The notes: generated by a model from the sequence alone, not told the origin. 44,756 nt of DNA, filler included, from Catajapyx aquilonaris (GCA_000934665.2; 2 parts of 2 records of this genome joined end to end with filler, not necessarily neighbours in it), one strand, 5' to 3'; counted from the first letter of the whole stretch, positions 1 through 12,557 are shown. Program-made: numbers and translations.

Positions 1-14
1 TCGTGTGTATTTTG

Positions 15-47
15 TAGGTTAGGTTAGGTTAGGTTAGGTTAGGTTAG
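15..47 (+). repeat. (TTAGG)n short tandem repeat, about 6.5 units, interstitial telomere-like motif
   Basis: Directly visible: taggttaggttagg... TTAGG is the canonical arthropod telomeric unit and also occurs inside arthropod repeats. It is short and internal here. Confidence 0.85.
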
Positions 48-471
48 TTTTAAATTTTTATTTTTGCCAGACCCTCACAAGGATAGCACTTTATAACGTG
101 TGTGTGTGTGCGTGTGTGAAGGGTTGCTTCAAGACTAGGATAAAGTGGCCGAAATAATTTGTGCCCCATAAATACGTTCCATAACCTTGGCAACGTCCCA
201 AAGTCGCCCTTATTATTACTGACCCCCTCAAGCGTACCCTTGTAAATACCTGCATAATTTTTTTTAATCAGCACACCCACTATATATGCAAAGAGCTTAC
301 CAGCTATGACTTCTAATAATTCGAACAATGCAAGTTGCATGAACAGTGTCGCGCATTCGGTTGGGCTCATTAAAAAACTTCATGTGCGGGTGCCTTAATG
401 TCGTAAAAATTAATCTGGACGTTCTAAAAAAAACCATTCGCTCTAAAATTCTCATTGTCTCTGACAAACAG

Positions 472-1053
472 GTTATAAATGAACTGAACGCCATCATATT
501 CTGCCTTGAATGTGGTCGAAATATTCAAAACAGGATTAAGGCCTTGACATGCGAAATCTGTCATGTGGCGTTCTGCTCTAATGGTTGTAAAGTATCTGCA
601 ATGAATAGAGGACACAGGAATAAGGAATGCCTTCTGTTCAACAGTAAGTTGTGTAATGTCACTTTACATCCACAGGGTTGTAAAATCCGGCCCAGTTTTT
701 CCAATCAACACCGCAAATTAGGGCTCATTTTGCCCCTAAAAACCTTCTCTTCAATGAGTAACTATAATGAGTCTCATGGTTATATTTCAGGTTGCAGAAA
801 ATTAGTCAAGCCATACCTAGAGGCTACGTCTACTCCAGCATCTAAACCTCCTCCACGTAAGTCCATTTTGTTGTACATTACTAAAGAGCGCATAATTTTC
901 GAACAAAATTTTACAGGTAAAATAAAGAAGCCTCTCCTACGCCGAGCCGTAGGATACATACTAACTGAATGCAGGGACATGAAGGTTATTCTTACACCAA
1001 GTGAGGCTACTCTCCACGGAGTTCCTGGGAAAGAAAACTACAGTGTAAATTAA
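472..1053 (+). CDS. ANKMY1: 3' three exons (MYND-type zinc finger and C-terminus) of a tandem ANKMY1 paralog, 5'-partial
   Basis: Exons 472-643, 791-856 and 917-1053 (AG/GT bounded, phases 0/1/1) mirror exons 5819-5990, 6138-6197 and 6260-6396 of the downstream gene, including similar introns. Encodes FCLECGR..CEIC..FCSNGCK..H..EC and ends ENYSVN*. AATAAA follows at about 1067 and 1080. Confidence 0.8.
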   Translation, partial: VINELNAIIFCLECGRNIQNRIKALTCEICHVAFCSNGCKVSAMNRGHRNKECLLFNSKLCNVTLHPQGCKIRPSFSNQHRKLGLILPLKTFSSMSNYNESHGYISGCRKLVKPYLEATSTPASKPPPRKSILLYITKERIIFEQNFTGKIKKPLLRRAVGYILTECRDMKVILTPSEATLHGVPGKENYSVN

Positions 1054-1225
1054 AGAGTGTATAGATAATAAATACGTACAATAAATGAAGTGGTCTTGAA
1101 AATTTCGTGACTATTCCTGACTATTCAGAGCCACCCAAGCAAATTAAGTGAATTAGTAGTTAATGCTTTTTCCACCCATTAGTAACCATATGCTCATTAC
1201 ATTCCGACTGTTGCCTTTGTTCACT

Positions 1226-1239
1226 GTTGCTATGGATCG
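1226..1239 (+). promoter_or_regulatory. X-box (RFX)-like motif upstream of ANKMY1
   Basis: GTTGCTATGGATCG about 120 bp before the ATG. Strong left half-site of the GTTRCCATGGYAAC consensus, weak right half. Confidence 0.35.
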
Positions 1240-1356
1240 CCATTCAGGACCTTTCGAATGGTGGGATAGACGCGTTTTTTTTTACTCTTGGCATTTTTTT
1301 TACGAAAACCAGGAGACGTTAATTACCATTAGATTTTAAAAGGTCCAACTGCAGGA

Positions 1357-4300
1357 ATGGGTTTTCCTGATCATCAGAGTCCGTTCGACTGCCATGGAAC
1401 GGGGGAGGGTACGAAGAAATTTTCTAAAGATGAGGTAACGTATCTGGTTTAGTACCGTAATTAGTCTGACTTCAACCTACTATAGTAAAATAATAATATA
1501 AGATCTTTCACCTTCACTTCTTCCACCCGCAGGAATGCCGAGGTAGTTTCGTCAACAATGTCCCACATGGATATGCTGAATACACGTGGGAAGGAAACTT
1601 ATCATACAAAGGGAATTTCTACATGGGCAAGAAGGAAGGATATGGCTGCCAAGCCTACCCGGATGGACGAATTTTTTACGTAATGTGTCTTTTCTGTGAG
1701 AAATATTATAAATGCTACAGGTTTCATTGGATTCGATAGTACCTATTTTCACAGGGGCTCTTCAAAGACGACAAACGCTACGGACCAGGCGTAGAGACAT
1801 ATCCTACAGGTCACCAAGACGTTGGATTTTGGGAAAATAACAGACTCGTTCGACTATGTACTAAACAGACTCTTATACCACCACTGCCTTCTCTTGGACA
1901 AGTGAAGAACAGGAGGAGAATACTGGAGTCCAAACAGCCACGCAACCGTCCTCTGGAGATACTGCTGGAGGCAGGGGGTCAAGGTCTCGAGGAATACGTT
2001 GGGTACCTCTGCAACCCTCATGTGCGACAACCAAAAAGCCTCAGCGTGGACCACGCGTATCTCAGAGCAATTCATAGAAAGGGTAAACCCTGGGGACCAG
2101 ACTACAAGATGGTGGCCTGGAATAATGCGGATCACTTGTGCGATATGCAGGTGTACACATTTAACAATCGGCATGCTCAGGTTTGGATAAAGCAATCCTG
2201 TTCCCTTTATTTAACACTGTAAGAGTCCTTTCTTCCTAGATTTTCGTGTACGAAAATACACCACCGTATTCTTCTGTTTTCATCTTTAAAGTATCACTAA
2301 AATTGCGCTATGCTAACAAGACACACCTGCTTTTCCGCTGCTTTTCAGTTTTTAAAACATTCATTACCTTGGCCAAAAAAATCCGAAATCTGGTGATATA
2401 CGAGTTTTTAATTCTTTTAAAAAATATGTTCTCAGCGCGCAGGTAAGCAAAATTTAAACACTGTAAAAATCAGCGGAATAGCAACCGGCCTTTCTGTTTC
2501 GAATGACAGTTACCTTATAATTTTATCTAGACCTGTTACTGCAGTTCATGTTCATCCCAAGCTCCTCAATATGTCCCTGATTTAAAGAATTTATGGCCAC
2601 CAGTGGCATGTACAGTACAAACTTAGAGAATATGAAGCTACTACTGACATGAATATGGATTATGTATGTTATTCCACCTCTGCACAGTGTCTCTTATTTC
2701 AAATTAAAAATGTTCCAGGATGACACACCGTTCAGTGTTGAAACCGTGATATGCAACGAACGTAACAAGTTTTGCCGCCGTGGTGACCATGAAGAAGGCT
2801 GCCTGGGCCTACTGTGGTCTTCGAGAGAGGGAGATTTAGACACTGCTAGAAAGTACCTGTTGAAGAGAGTCGATCCTGATGTGACGGATGGCGAGGGGAA
2901 CACCCCTCTTCTCTTAGCCAGTGTTAGTGCCAGTCATTCATTAGTTACATCGTTACATATTTCATGGTAATATGAATGACTACTTTCATGCAGGCCTTCT
3001 GGGAACCCGAGGTCGTGTCACTGCTTCTGGACTGGTCTGCCAACATCAACGTCAAAAATGATGAAGGGTTCAGCCCACTTTTAATTGCGTTGTACAGATA
3101 CTTTTACTTACACAAGAAGCTTGATAAGTTAACGGGATTGTTCTCCTCAAACATCTCCCAGAGAGGCCCATCCTCAGCTTCAACAGAAGACGAGCCACTT
3201 ATATGGGGAGGAGAACCTGAAATTTCACATGGATGCAGCAAGAGCAACCTATCAGTACCGTCTGGAACTGTCCAGAGTCATCTTAAAATAGGCAGTCTTG
3301 GAAAACCGACATCTGAAAAGATGTCTGTTGCTGAGCCGTTGACAAATTCACCCCCGGAGAGAGATGAAGCCAGAGTGAGACTACTAACTCTCCTCTCCTA
3401 TTCTCCCTACGGCTGGGCTAGAATGATGAATCATAGGATATACCTACCCCAAAAGTGCAGCAATCCTATTCGTCCCCCATCCCCTCCACCACAGGCTAAA
3501 GAAGCACATGATGCACAAGAAGGTCACCTTCCGGGATTGAGTTCGGCCTTCAGCATTGCTCAGCACTCTGAGCCGTTTGACTCAAGACATGACCTTCCTT
3601 CTTGGTGGGTGTTTGAAACAGATGACCCATTAGAGATGCCCATAAAATCAAGGTTCGTAATGGTTACGTCACGGTGTCCTAACAGCTGCTGTTGCAAGTG
3701 TTTCATACTGCGGTCTCAACAGACCGGATCTTGACAATGCAACATCCAGAGCGCTCAAGACAGTGGAGATTCTTCTGCAGAGAGGTGCAAACCCCAATCT
3801 TCTCTCAGGGAATGTGACCCCGCTGACACTGGCAGTAAGGGCTGGTGACCTGGCCATGGTCGACCTACTTTTGAAATACGGGGCCAGGCCAGAGCAAACT
3901 CTTCCTGAAGAAGTAGGCAGCATCGCACCCATTCACCTGGCAGCAAACGCAGCCTACTCTCCTGACGCTCCCAAAATCATCACATCACTGGTATTAGTAG
4001 GCTAGTGTTTTAATATGACACATGGACAGATGTAATATTAATATTCTTGTCACCTGACAGATGAAAGCTGGGGGCAGTGTTGCCCAACGCGTGATACCGG
4101 ATGATTCATACCTTTCAACTTTGCCAGAGCGCAGACCTGAGATAGCTCAGTGGATGAGGGAAGAGAATTTTCAGCTGCAAGGGAAGCAGGCGTTGCACAT
4201 TGCATGCTCCAAGGAAATACTCCCTTATGAACAAACAATCACAAAAATGCGAAAGGAGAGAGCTAATGCGGATCTAACCCCTATTAAAAGTGCTATTAAG

Positions 4301-6396
4301 ACGAGGAAAGTAAAGCATCATACCCAAGATAATTACTCAAGTCTGAAATTAAACACCGATAGGAGAGGCACAGTGTCATCTGTGAGAAGATCTATCGCAA
4401 GCACCACAAAGATTGGAATAGACGAACGGAGGAGTAGCAGTGACGATAGAAGAAGATCCACGGCAAAAAATATGCCTAGTGAAGGCAAGGAAAAGAAGGT
4501 GAGATTTGCCGACACGAATCAAAGCCCTGGCGAATTGTCTAACAACATCAACAAGAGCAAAGGAATTAGAAATGATTCTGTATCCGTCCAAGTACAAAGG
4601 GGACGTGAAAAGAATCCAATCATGCAATCTAATGTGCGGAAGCTTGAAGGTGAGCCCTCATTATTTTGACTCCAAGTGGTGTGCTTCTCACATTCTCAAA
4701 CTGTCATTCAAAATAATAATCTCGCAGGACAATGACACATTTTATCACTGTGTCATGTTGCAGTCGAGTTTAATACAGAACTGAACCAATCATTTCAGAG
4801 CGTAAGATTAAGATGGCCGACATTTCTAGGGAAAAAGCCACACTTCTTAACACTGTGAAGACTCTGGTACAGGGTGGTTCGGACGTGAACGAAGAAGTCA
4901 ACGGTCAGAATCCTTTGTCCTTGGCCATTATCCACGGAAATGATAATCTTCTTCCGGTTCTGTTGGGAGCCGGGGCCGATCCAAACAAACAGCTGTCTAT
5001 GGGGACTGGGAGCGCCTTGGCTGCTGCGGTCAGCACTGATTCCGAACGTCTCCGAACTTTTCAAGAGAGGAAAGAAATCGTGGAGACACTAGTACGAGAT
5101 GGCAAAGGTGATCTCACCAAGGCGTTTCATATCACCCCTAATGATAGAATCAACGCTGCAGAACTATTCCAAGATAGGATTGCTCAGGACGTGTGAGTTT
5201 GGACATCCCTTCTGTCATGTAGAGGTGGAGATCGTGTAATAACACTTTGTCTCTTCCAGAAAAGCTAAACGCCTGCACCTGCTCCAGTACGACCGTATGG
5301 ATTTCTTACGTAAACAGAGGGCGCTGATGAAAAATTATTTGACTGAAAACTTTCGCTCCGCACTCATTAGTAAACTAATAGACATTAAAAATGCTCTGAT
5401 GGGTCATCTGCATGACAAAGAGAGACGGATACTAATGGCCGAATTTCAACGTTTGCTGGGTTGTGCTGCCGACGTCCCAACAGAAGTATGTTGGATTCAA
5501 AATATCTCAATTCCGGATTTCTTTGCTGCATTAAAGGCACCTTTACAAACAAGAAGTAGGAATGGTGTTCTTTCTGAACTCTTTGATAGCACGTTGTAAT
5601 GATTAATAGAAAATAACCCATACATAATTTTATTCTGCTGTTGGTCCAGTGGTCGAGTAAAGTTAGTTTCCAAATGAGGTAGTAAATCTTAAACGGAATT
5701 TTCAACCCATCCATTCCGTACTTTAACTAAAGTGTGCCTTTAAGTCGAAAAAAATTAATATGGACGTTCGAGAAAAAAAATCATTCGCTCTAAAATTCTG
5801 ACTGTCTCTGACAAATAGGTCTTGGATGAACTGAAAGCCATCATATTCTGCCTTGAATGTGGTCGAAAAATTAGAAGAACGTTGGAGGAGGTCAAATGCG
5901 AAATATGTAAAATGCCGTTCTGCTCTAAAGTTTGTAAAGTATCTGCAATAAAGAGAGGACACAGAAAGAAAGAATGCGCCCTAGTAGAGGGTAAGTTGCC
6001 CAATGTCACTATATCTACAGTAGAGGGTTGTAAAATCTCCTCTAGTTTTACAATCAACTACGCAAATGAGGGCTCATTTTGTCAACAATATCAGGCTCTT
6101 CCATGAGTAAATAATGAATCTCATGATTATGTTTCAGGTTGCAGAAATATCATCTCATACACCGCGTATCTCCACCTGGAGAATCCATCTCCACCAAGTA
6201 AGCCCATTTTGTTGTACATTACTAAATAGCGCATAATTCGCAAACAAAATTTTTTACAGGTAAAATAAAGAAGCCTATCCTTCGCCGAGCAGTAGGATAC
6301 ATACTAACTGAATGCAGGGACATGAAGGTTATTCTTACACCAAGTGAGGCTACTCTCCACGCAGTTCCTGGGAAAGAAAACTACAGTATAAATTAA
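1357..6396 (+). CDS. ANKMY1: Ankyrin repeat and MYND domain-containing protein 1 (MORN repeats + ankyrin repeats + MYND finger), about 1119 aa, 12 exons
   Basis: Hand-spliced phase-consistent exons: 1357-1434, 1533-1679, 1755-2180, 2719-2922, 2994-3652, 3723-3990, 4061-4649, 4799-5192, 5260-5485, 5819-5990, 6138-6197, 6260-6396. MORN repeats ([40 protein letters not shown], matching the recalled ANKMY1 motif [17 protein letters not shown]), ankyrin motifs ([37 protein letters not shown]), C-terminal CxxCGR..CxxC..CSxxCK..H..C, ends ENYSIN*. The start codon and the exon 3 donor (2180 vs 2150) are uncertain. Confidence 0.88.
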
Positions 6397-6842
6397 AGTG
6401 TATATGGATAAATACGCTTAATAAATAAAGTGGTCGTAGAAATTTCGCAGAGCACTGCGAAACCTGCTACTTTAGAGGGGATAATGACATTTCCTTCTTT
6501 GCCTTTTTCCCCACACAGAATGAAATAGAGCTGTATATGACACATTTTGAACCAATTGATCAACAACACATTTCACAAAACCAAGCTAGGGCATCAAAAG
6601 TTGGTGTCAAAGAGCTTAATACTCTTTGGTTGGTGTATGTCGACCTTCTTCCCATGTAACAAAGTGCGTTGGCACCACTGATTTGTAACCATGCCAGCAT
6701 AAATATTTAGGCTGTTCCAATCCCTCACAGACAAAATTCCAGTGCAAAAATATCCTCCAAAAAAATCCTAAATTATCAGTGAAATTAAATCCTCACATAA
6801 AAAATTTTCAAGTAATATCATCGTAAAACTCCACCAAAAAAT

Positions 6843-9726
6843 ATGTCGGTAAGAAACATTGTCAAAATATTCTTTCTCCATACATGATTAGCAATACACA
6901 ACCACCATTATTAGCCCTAGTCATTTTTACCAGATAGTGGACCCCATAACCGCATGTGAAAAAAATGTTTTAATATAACAGGAACCAGATGACGATACCG
7001 CTATAGGCAGCCAAGAAAGTGGGCCTACTGATCAAGAGCCTGATGAAAAAGAGGAAGATGATGAAGAAATCGACGAAAAGCAGGAAGTGAGTAAGAAGGG
7101 CGCGAAGAAGGTCAAGAAAGTCAAGAAAGTCAAGAAAGTCCCGACCACCGAAGAGCTCTTCGCCAAGTTGGCAAAGGACGTCACGAAGTTAAGTAAAACA
7201 ATGACACCTAAGAAGCCAAAGTCTGAAGAGGAGAAGGAGAAGGAGGAGAAGGAGAAGGAGGAGAAGGCGAGGGAGAAAGAGAGGAAGGAGAGGATACCAT
7301 ATCATCCACGTCCTCCTAAGAGCCCCAAAAATAAAACACCTCTTGAGCCCGAAAAGCCCATTAAATCTAAGCGAACCAAGTTATTCATCCCGAAACCGAA
7401 ACCGAAAAAGAAACCCATCGAGCCCCCACCCCCACCTCCAAAACCAGAACCAGTACCAATTAAGAAGAGAAATGACGGTAAGCAAATTCATACTGAACTA
7501 CAAAATATCCGGCAACCAATATTTGAAATATTTTCCAGATGACTTACTAGATTTGGACCCAAAGCTCAGAGAGACAGCAGTGTTTTACAGGGATTTGTTG
7601 ATATTTGCCAAGTGTTCGGCCGGGAAACGTCTTCCGCAAGACAACTATCGGATTCCAGAATGGCTCATTTCAGTTAAGGGTGAAAAGGTAACTATACGAT
7701 CTATGATACTACCAGAGATATATAAAGTGGTCGGTGTGTAATCACTCTTGGAATTTCAGCTTGCAGCATTTGTTATGGTCCAGGAATTGCTCAAATATGC
7801 ATTGTACGATAACTGTCCGACGTCTGAAGATATTCTGAATTGTTTCGGCGATTCAAAAATGGAGTTGACGTTAGAAGATGTTGACATCGCTTTGGAAAAT
7901 TCAAAATACAGCAGGCTGCCATTCGAAGAATTTATGTACACAATGGGTTGTTGCTCGGGTGAGTATTGCACCGTCAAGTGAATGGATTGGCTAAGTTAGA
8001 TAATAATCAGAGTACCTGGGTATATGTACAGTACATCGCCCATTGCAACAATGACACATTCTTTGAGAATGACAGCCAATTGTGACTGATGCGTGGGACT
8101 TTCTGAAACAGTACTCTTAAATAAACCGGTATGTTCACTGAAGCAGAGAGCTGCTGTTGACCCTGGTTATGTGCATTTCATTTTAATGGTTCACCCCGTA
8201 TTTCATAAATGTACATGATTGTTATAATTATATGAGCAACGTTTTCATTTCAGTGTACAGACGAACATTTTATACTGCTATGGTAATATTTAGACTGGAT
8301 TACATTCAATTGGAAATGAAGTACTACAAGAATCTGCTCACGAGTCCTCATGTTGTGGAGTTTGATACATACGATCAGGAATGTCCTGTTACCAGTAAGT
8401 ACAGTACAGCAATATGAGCAAACGTTCATACTTTTGGACATTATACGCGGAGTAGCAGCAAAGACATGTCTAAAAAAATTCGGCTGTCACTATAAAACTA
8501 TTGAGCATCAATTAAAATATATCTGACATGCTATGTATAACTTGTTTGAAAGTATTTGATCAAATTGGGTCCACAGCATGGACAATGGAATATTGTTAGC
8601 GCAAACTTTGTTATTTTCAGATCCCTTCAATTTACACGACCCGTTACCCTTTCCGCTGGAGAAAGAAAAGGAGCCTAAGGCGATAAGTCCTTACTACTCC
8701 TCCCGTGCTTTCTGCACCCATGAGACCCACATAGCCAAAACACACAAATTCCGAACCCAAGAGAAACGCATCCCCATAACGTTCAACGCCCCTGTTCTTC
8801 GGCCAATGATAGTCACCGGAGAAACACCAGAAGCCCATACCACCACCATAGACAACACAACTGAACAGAAGGTCAGTCGCTGATTTTCTCTCTAAGCATA
8901 AATCGACATTAATATCTCATAAAAATCTTACTGCTTCAGCGTATACTGATGCAACTGGCCAGAACAGGAAATGCCATGGGACTACTCCCGGACCTTTCTC
9001 TGCTTTTTGTCGTAACGGCAGCTTTGAAAAGGACCAGGGAATACAAGAAGAAGGTGACGGAGGTGGCCAAATTCTACGAATACAAGAGGAGAACCCGTAA
9101 GACAAATACTTTAATAATTGCTATAGCTAAAGTGAGGGTTGAACTCTAAATGGCCGATTCGTTTCAGGGAAATCTGTGACAAAAAGTCAGTACCAATGGT
9201 TAGTGAGCAGATTGTCTGGATTTATGATGTACATGCCCCTGCCTCAAGGCCCAATTGACAGAAAAGTGCCCTTCGGAATGGTAAAACAGATCAGAGAGAT
9301 GAAAGAAAAAACTATAGCCCACTACTGCAGGCTTATAAAACGTATAAAAGTGAGTAACAACTATCAATTTTCGCCACCCCTGAACATTATTAGGAAATTT
9401 AATATCTAAGTAAAAATGAAACTGTATTAAACTGAACCTCAACCTAATTTAAATTTAAATTACTGGCAATTTTCATATACGTCAAATCCTTCGTCGTGAA
9501 TAACAAAGGTCTTGTTTCTTAACAGTTGGTTTACGTAAATGAGCACTGGAAGAGCATGAACATATACAGCTTTCCAAGTGCGAAAGCCAGAATCCATTTT
9601 GCGGAGACATTTGAAGCCCTGAATCCTTGCCACGAAAGAAAAATCGACGTCCTAGCCCCGTTCATGGGGATAGCAAAGCTCCAACATCTTCCCAAGCCTC
9701 CAAGCGGATGGAACAACAATTTTTGA
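6843..9726 (+). CDS. Uncharacterised protein, tandem paralog 1 of 3 (DUF4771-like C-terminus), about 593 aa, 9 exons
   Basis: Exons 6843-6848, 6982-7477, 7539-7687, 7760-7958, 8254-8394, 8621-8871, 8940-9096, 9168-9349, 9526-9726 join in frame. Acidic, Lys-, Glu- and Pro-rich exon 2. Shared family motifs: SRLPFEEFM, RTQEKRIP, LARTGNAMG, SQYQW..LPLP, HWKSM..F, W..F*. AATAAA at about 9832. Confidence 0.82.
7105..7140 (+). repeat. Coding 9-bp tandem repeat (AAGAARGTC)x4 encoding KKV x4
   Basis: Directly visible in exon 2 of paralog 1. Confidence 0.85.
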
Positions 9727-9992
9727 ACCGAATTTATTGGAATTTACAGGCTATTCATTTTTGGAATCATGGTAGCCTGCTTATAAGTGTAACCTTTCGG
9801 CCATTTTGTACAAGTGAGGGATCTAAAATGAAATAAACATGCAGCCACAATAATCTAGTCCTTCTCACACCCACTTCTTTATCCCATCAAGAAAGCTTCA
9901 GAAGCTCCTTCTAACAAGTAAATTACAATTAAAACTAATTATAGCTTGGAAAAAAAAACAAGTGGCCACGTGCGTCGTATGGGTAAGTTTGC

Positions 9993-10006
9993 GTTTCCTT
10001 GACAAC
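9993..10006 (+). promoter_or_regulatory. X-box (RFX binding site) candidate upstream of paralog 2
   Basis: GTTTCCTTGACAAC, a near-canonical 14-bp X-box, 133 bp upstream of the ATG at 10139. Confidence 0.5.
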
Positions 10007-10138
10007 CTTTAACAAAGGGGCCTTTTGGTTTCCATCAGTTTCGAATCTAAATTTTTCTATGTAAACCGACACCTTAAATTTTTTGGCGTATGACAATCTC
10101 GTTTTGACAAATTAACCGTTTGAAAAGCAGCAATCAAA

Positions 10139-10644
10139 ATGTCTGCATCAGCATCTAAAGAATCACTGCAAGACGAATCCGAACAGGAGGTAAGTAGGCC
10201 ATACTCTGTCATAAACGTTACAACTAATAGAATGTGTATAAAAATAAATTATATTATCCATTTTGATTAGCCCGCAAAAGAGTCATCCTCGACTGCTGAA
10301 AAATTATCAATGATCCCTACACGGAGCCGGACAAGCGTAACATTTTCTCATCAAGTTTCACCAGGTCCAAGCTCCTCATCTCTCAGAGGTAGTTATAGTG
10401 CCCTTATGTACACCTTGCTAAACATTCATATTTACGTCAATAACAGCATTGGTCAGGCGCAAGCATGAACGTATTTAATAATAACATTGTTAACTTTTCA
10501 GATGACATCTCATTACTAGATTTAACAGAAATAATAGCTAAGATATTGGGAAATGAGGAAAAAGCCCCGAGTCTGATCGGATGTGGAATAAAACAAAACC
10601 TTCCTCGTTGGCTAGTCGTGCCGTCCTTAAATCAGGCAATTATC

Positions 10645-10721
<77 letters not shown>

Positions 10722-12423
10722 TCAGCTAGAAGGGTTCATGGAAATCGACCCATTATTATCAGAAAGTCAGGCATCCACAGGGACAAGCCATGTTTCTGAA
10801 TCACCGTCGGAAACACCGCCCGAAGGTGGTGAGGAGAAGCCTACGCTCGAGGACATTGTGCCTTTCATGGATTATACTGAAATGATATATAACCCATCTG
10901 ACGTGGAGTCAAGCCTTAATCATGCTCGAGGATCCAGACTGCCTTTTGAGGAATTCATGTGTAGCATGGCACAGAAAGGTTGGTGCACGTTGACTAATTG
11001 CAGCTTAAAGACCGTTAAACCAAAGAACGATCTGACGTCATGCCGCCTCCACCCGGCTCTTCTCTCCTACTGCGCATGCTCAGAAACACGGCTTGTGTGA
11101 CGTCAGATCGTTCTTTCACTTAAAGGACTTTAACTACATGGGCTTTTGTTTCAGCCGATTACAAATCGACGTGTCTATCGGTGTTGGTTGTCTTAAGGTG
11201 GCCAGATATGCTTTTTGAAATGAGTCGTTTGGATAAAATGCGGGAGGTACCACAATCTATTGAATTCGAAATGTTCCTAGAAGATGAGGATCTGAAAGGT
11301 AAGTTATATTGCGTTGAATTGTCTATTAGTAACTAGTATTATTTTTTGTTGACAGCAAGGTCTGGGTTTCCGGACCCAAAGCCTGAGCCTCCGTACAAAT
11401 CGCCATATGACCTGCCCCTACAGTTGATCACAACAGAAAGGGATATGCCTCCATCTCTGCATTTTCGTACCCGAGAGGCTCGCGGGCCACTAGTTCTAGG
11501 GGATCTCCTACATCGCAAAAAATTGATAAAGGTTCGCGGAATTGGGAAACCTGTAGAGTACTCTGACGACAACCGGGAAGCAAATGTGAGTCATCTGGAT
11601 TGACGTAACCAAAATGTTGTGAATCCGAGATATATCAATGAGTTCTCACTATATGCTATTTGCGATTTCTTACTTTAAATGGCATTACAGGTGAAGCTAA
11701 AAATGTTGGCAAGATCTGGCAACCCCATGGCTAAGATCCCTGGCATGGCTAGCATTCTAAACGCTTTGGTCGATGTCATGGTTGAAGCTGAGATAGTAAA
11801 GAGGCGGGCTATTATTCGAGCAGCACCATCTATAAAGAGGGCGAACCGTAATGTGGTCATTTTTATACTTCACGTCATATTTTGAACGTTCAATCATAAT
11901 AATTATGTTTAATTAAATGCTTTCGTTTTCAGGACTCTCAATTGGAAAGAGCCAGATACAATGGATGATAATAAGGATGAATTCGTATCAAACTGCTTTG
12001 CCCTTGCCTTATTCAAAATGTAGATACATCACATATACTGAAGTGGATGATTTTCGCCAGCAACGGGACGCTATTCTCAGAAAATATTACTCTATGCTAA
12101 AAAGAATTCAGGTAACACTTTTGCTTATCTAAGGACTTTGTCACACGCCAATGTTATTGGCTGAAACGCAAGGTGCCCTATTCAAATGTAACATTGTAAT
12201 CACACCATGTTTTTATTGCCAGATCGTTGCAGCATGGGAACATTGGAAGACAATGAAAATAGAGAGTTTCAAAACTAGTCAGAGCCGGACAAGTTTCGCG
12301 GCCACATTCCAGGCTTATACCCCCTGCGACGAGAAGAACAGTCCAGTGAAAATGACTTCGCTAAGGGAAGGCACAATTAAACCACAACCAAAACGTTCTG
12401 CGTCGTGGATCCCTAACTTTTAG
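10139..12423 (+). CDS. Uncharacterised protein, tandem paralog 2 of 3 (DUF4771-like), about 488 aa, 9 exons
   Basis: Exons 10139-10189, 10271-10388, 10502-10635 (GC donor), 10726-10978, 11155-11298, 11356-11585, 11691-11847, 11933-12111, 12223-12423. Same intron phases as paralog 1, and exons 7 and 9 have identical lengths (157 and 201 nt). Motifs SRLPFEEFM, RTREARGP, LARSGNPMA, SQIQW..LPLP, HWKTM. AATAAA at about 12476. Confidence 0.82.
10646..10720 (+). repeat. (TTA)n microsatellite, about 25 units, filling intron 3 of paralog 2
   Basis: Directly visible. It explains the poly-Leu and poly-Ile runs in the ORF track. Confidence 0.95.
11009..11129. mobile_element. Short MITE with TTAA target-site duplication and AG...CT ends (Kolobok-like), in intron 4 of paralog 2
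   Basis: TTAA at 11005-11008 and 11130-11133. Imperfect TIRs of about 32 bp with a perfect core AAAGAACGATCTGACGTCA / TGACGTCAGATCGTTCTTT. TTAA TSD with RR..YY termini is the known Kolobok signature. Confidence 0.6.
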
Positions 12424-12557
12424 TAATTTGATTTTAAGGTGTACGTTTACCGTCAGATTTTTAAAAATGTATGTAAATAAAAATGGCATAAATACAGCCG
12501 TTCAGTTTTATTTTCTGCGATTGTGAGCGATGTCATTTGAAGCTTTCAAAAATAGTA

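Noticed and set aside
15..47. True telomere
   Set aside because: Only about 6 units, with ordinary sequence on both sides.
1232..1260. Extra first coding exon for ANKMY1 (ATG 1232, donor 1261)
   Set aside because: No phase-compatible acceptor joins it to the 1357 frame.
10465..11100. 211-aa single-exon membrane protein with poly-Leu
   Set aside because: It is exons 3-4 of paralog 2 read through a microsatellite intron and into flanking introns.
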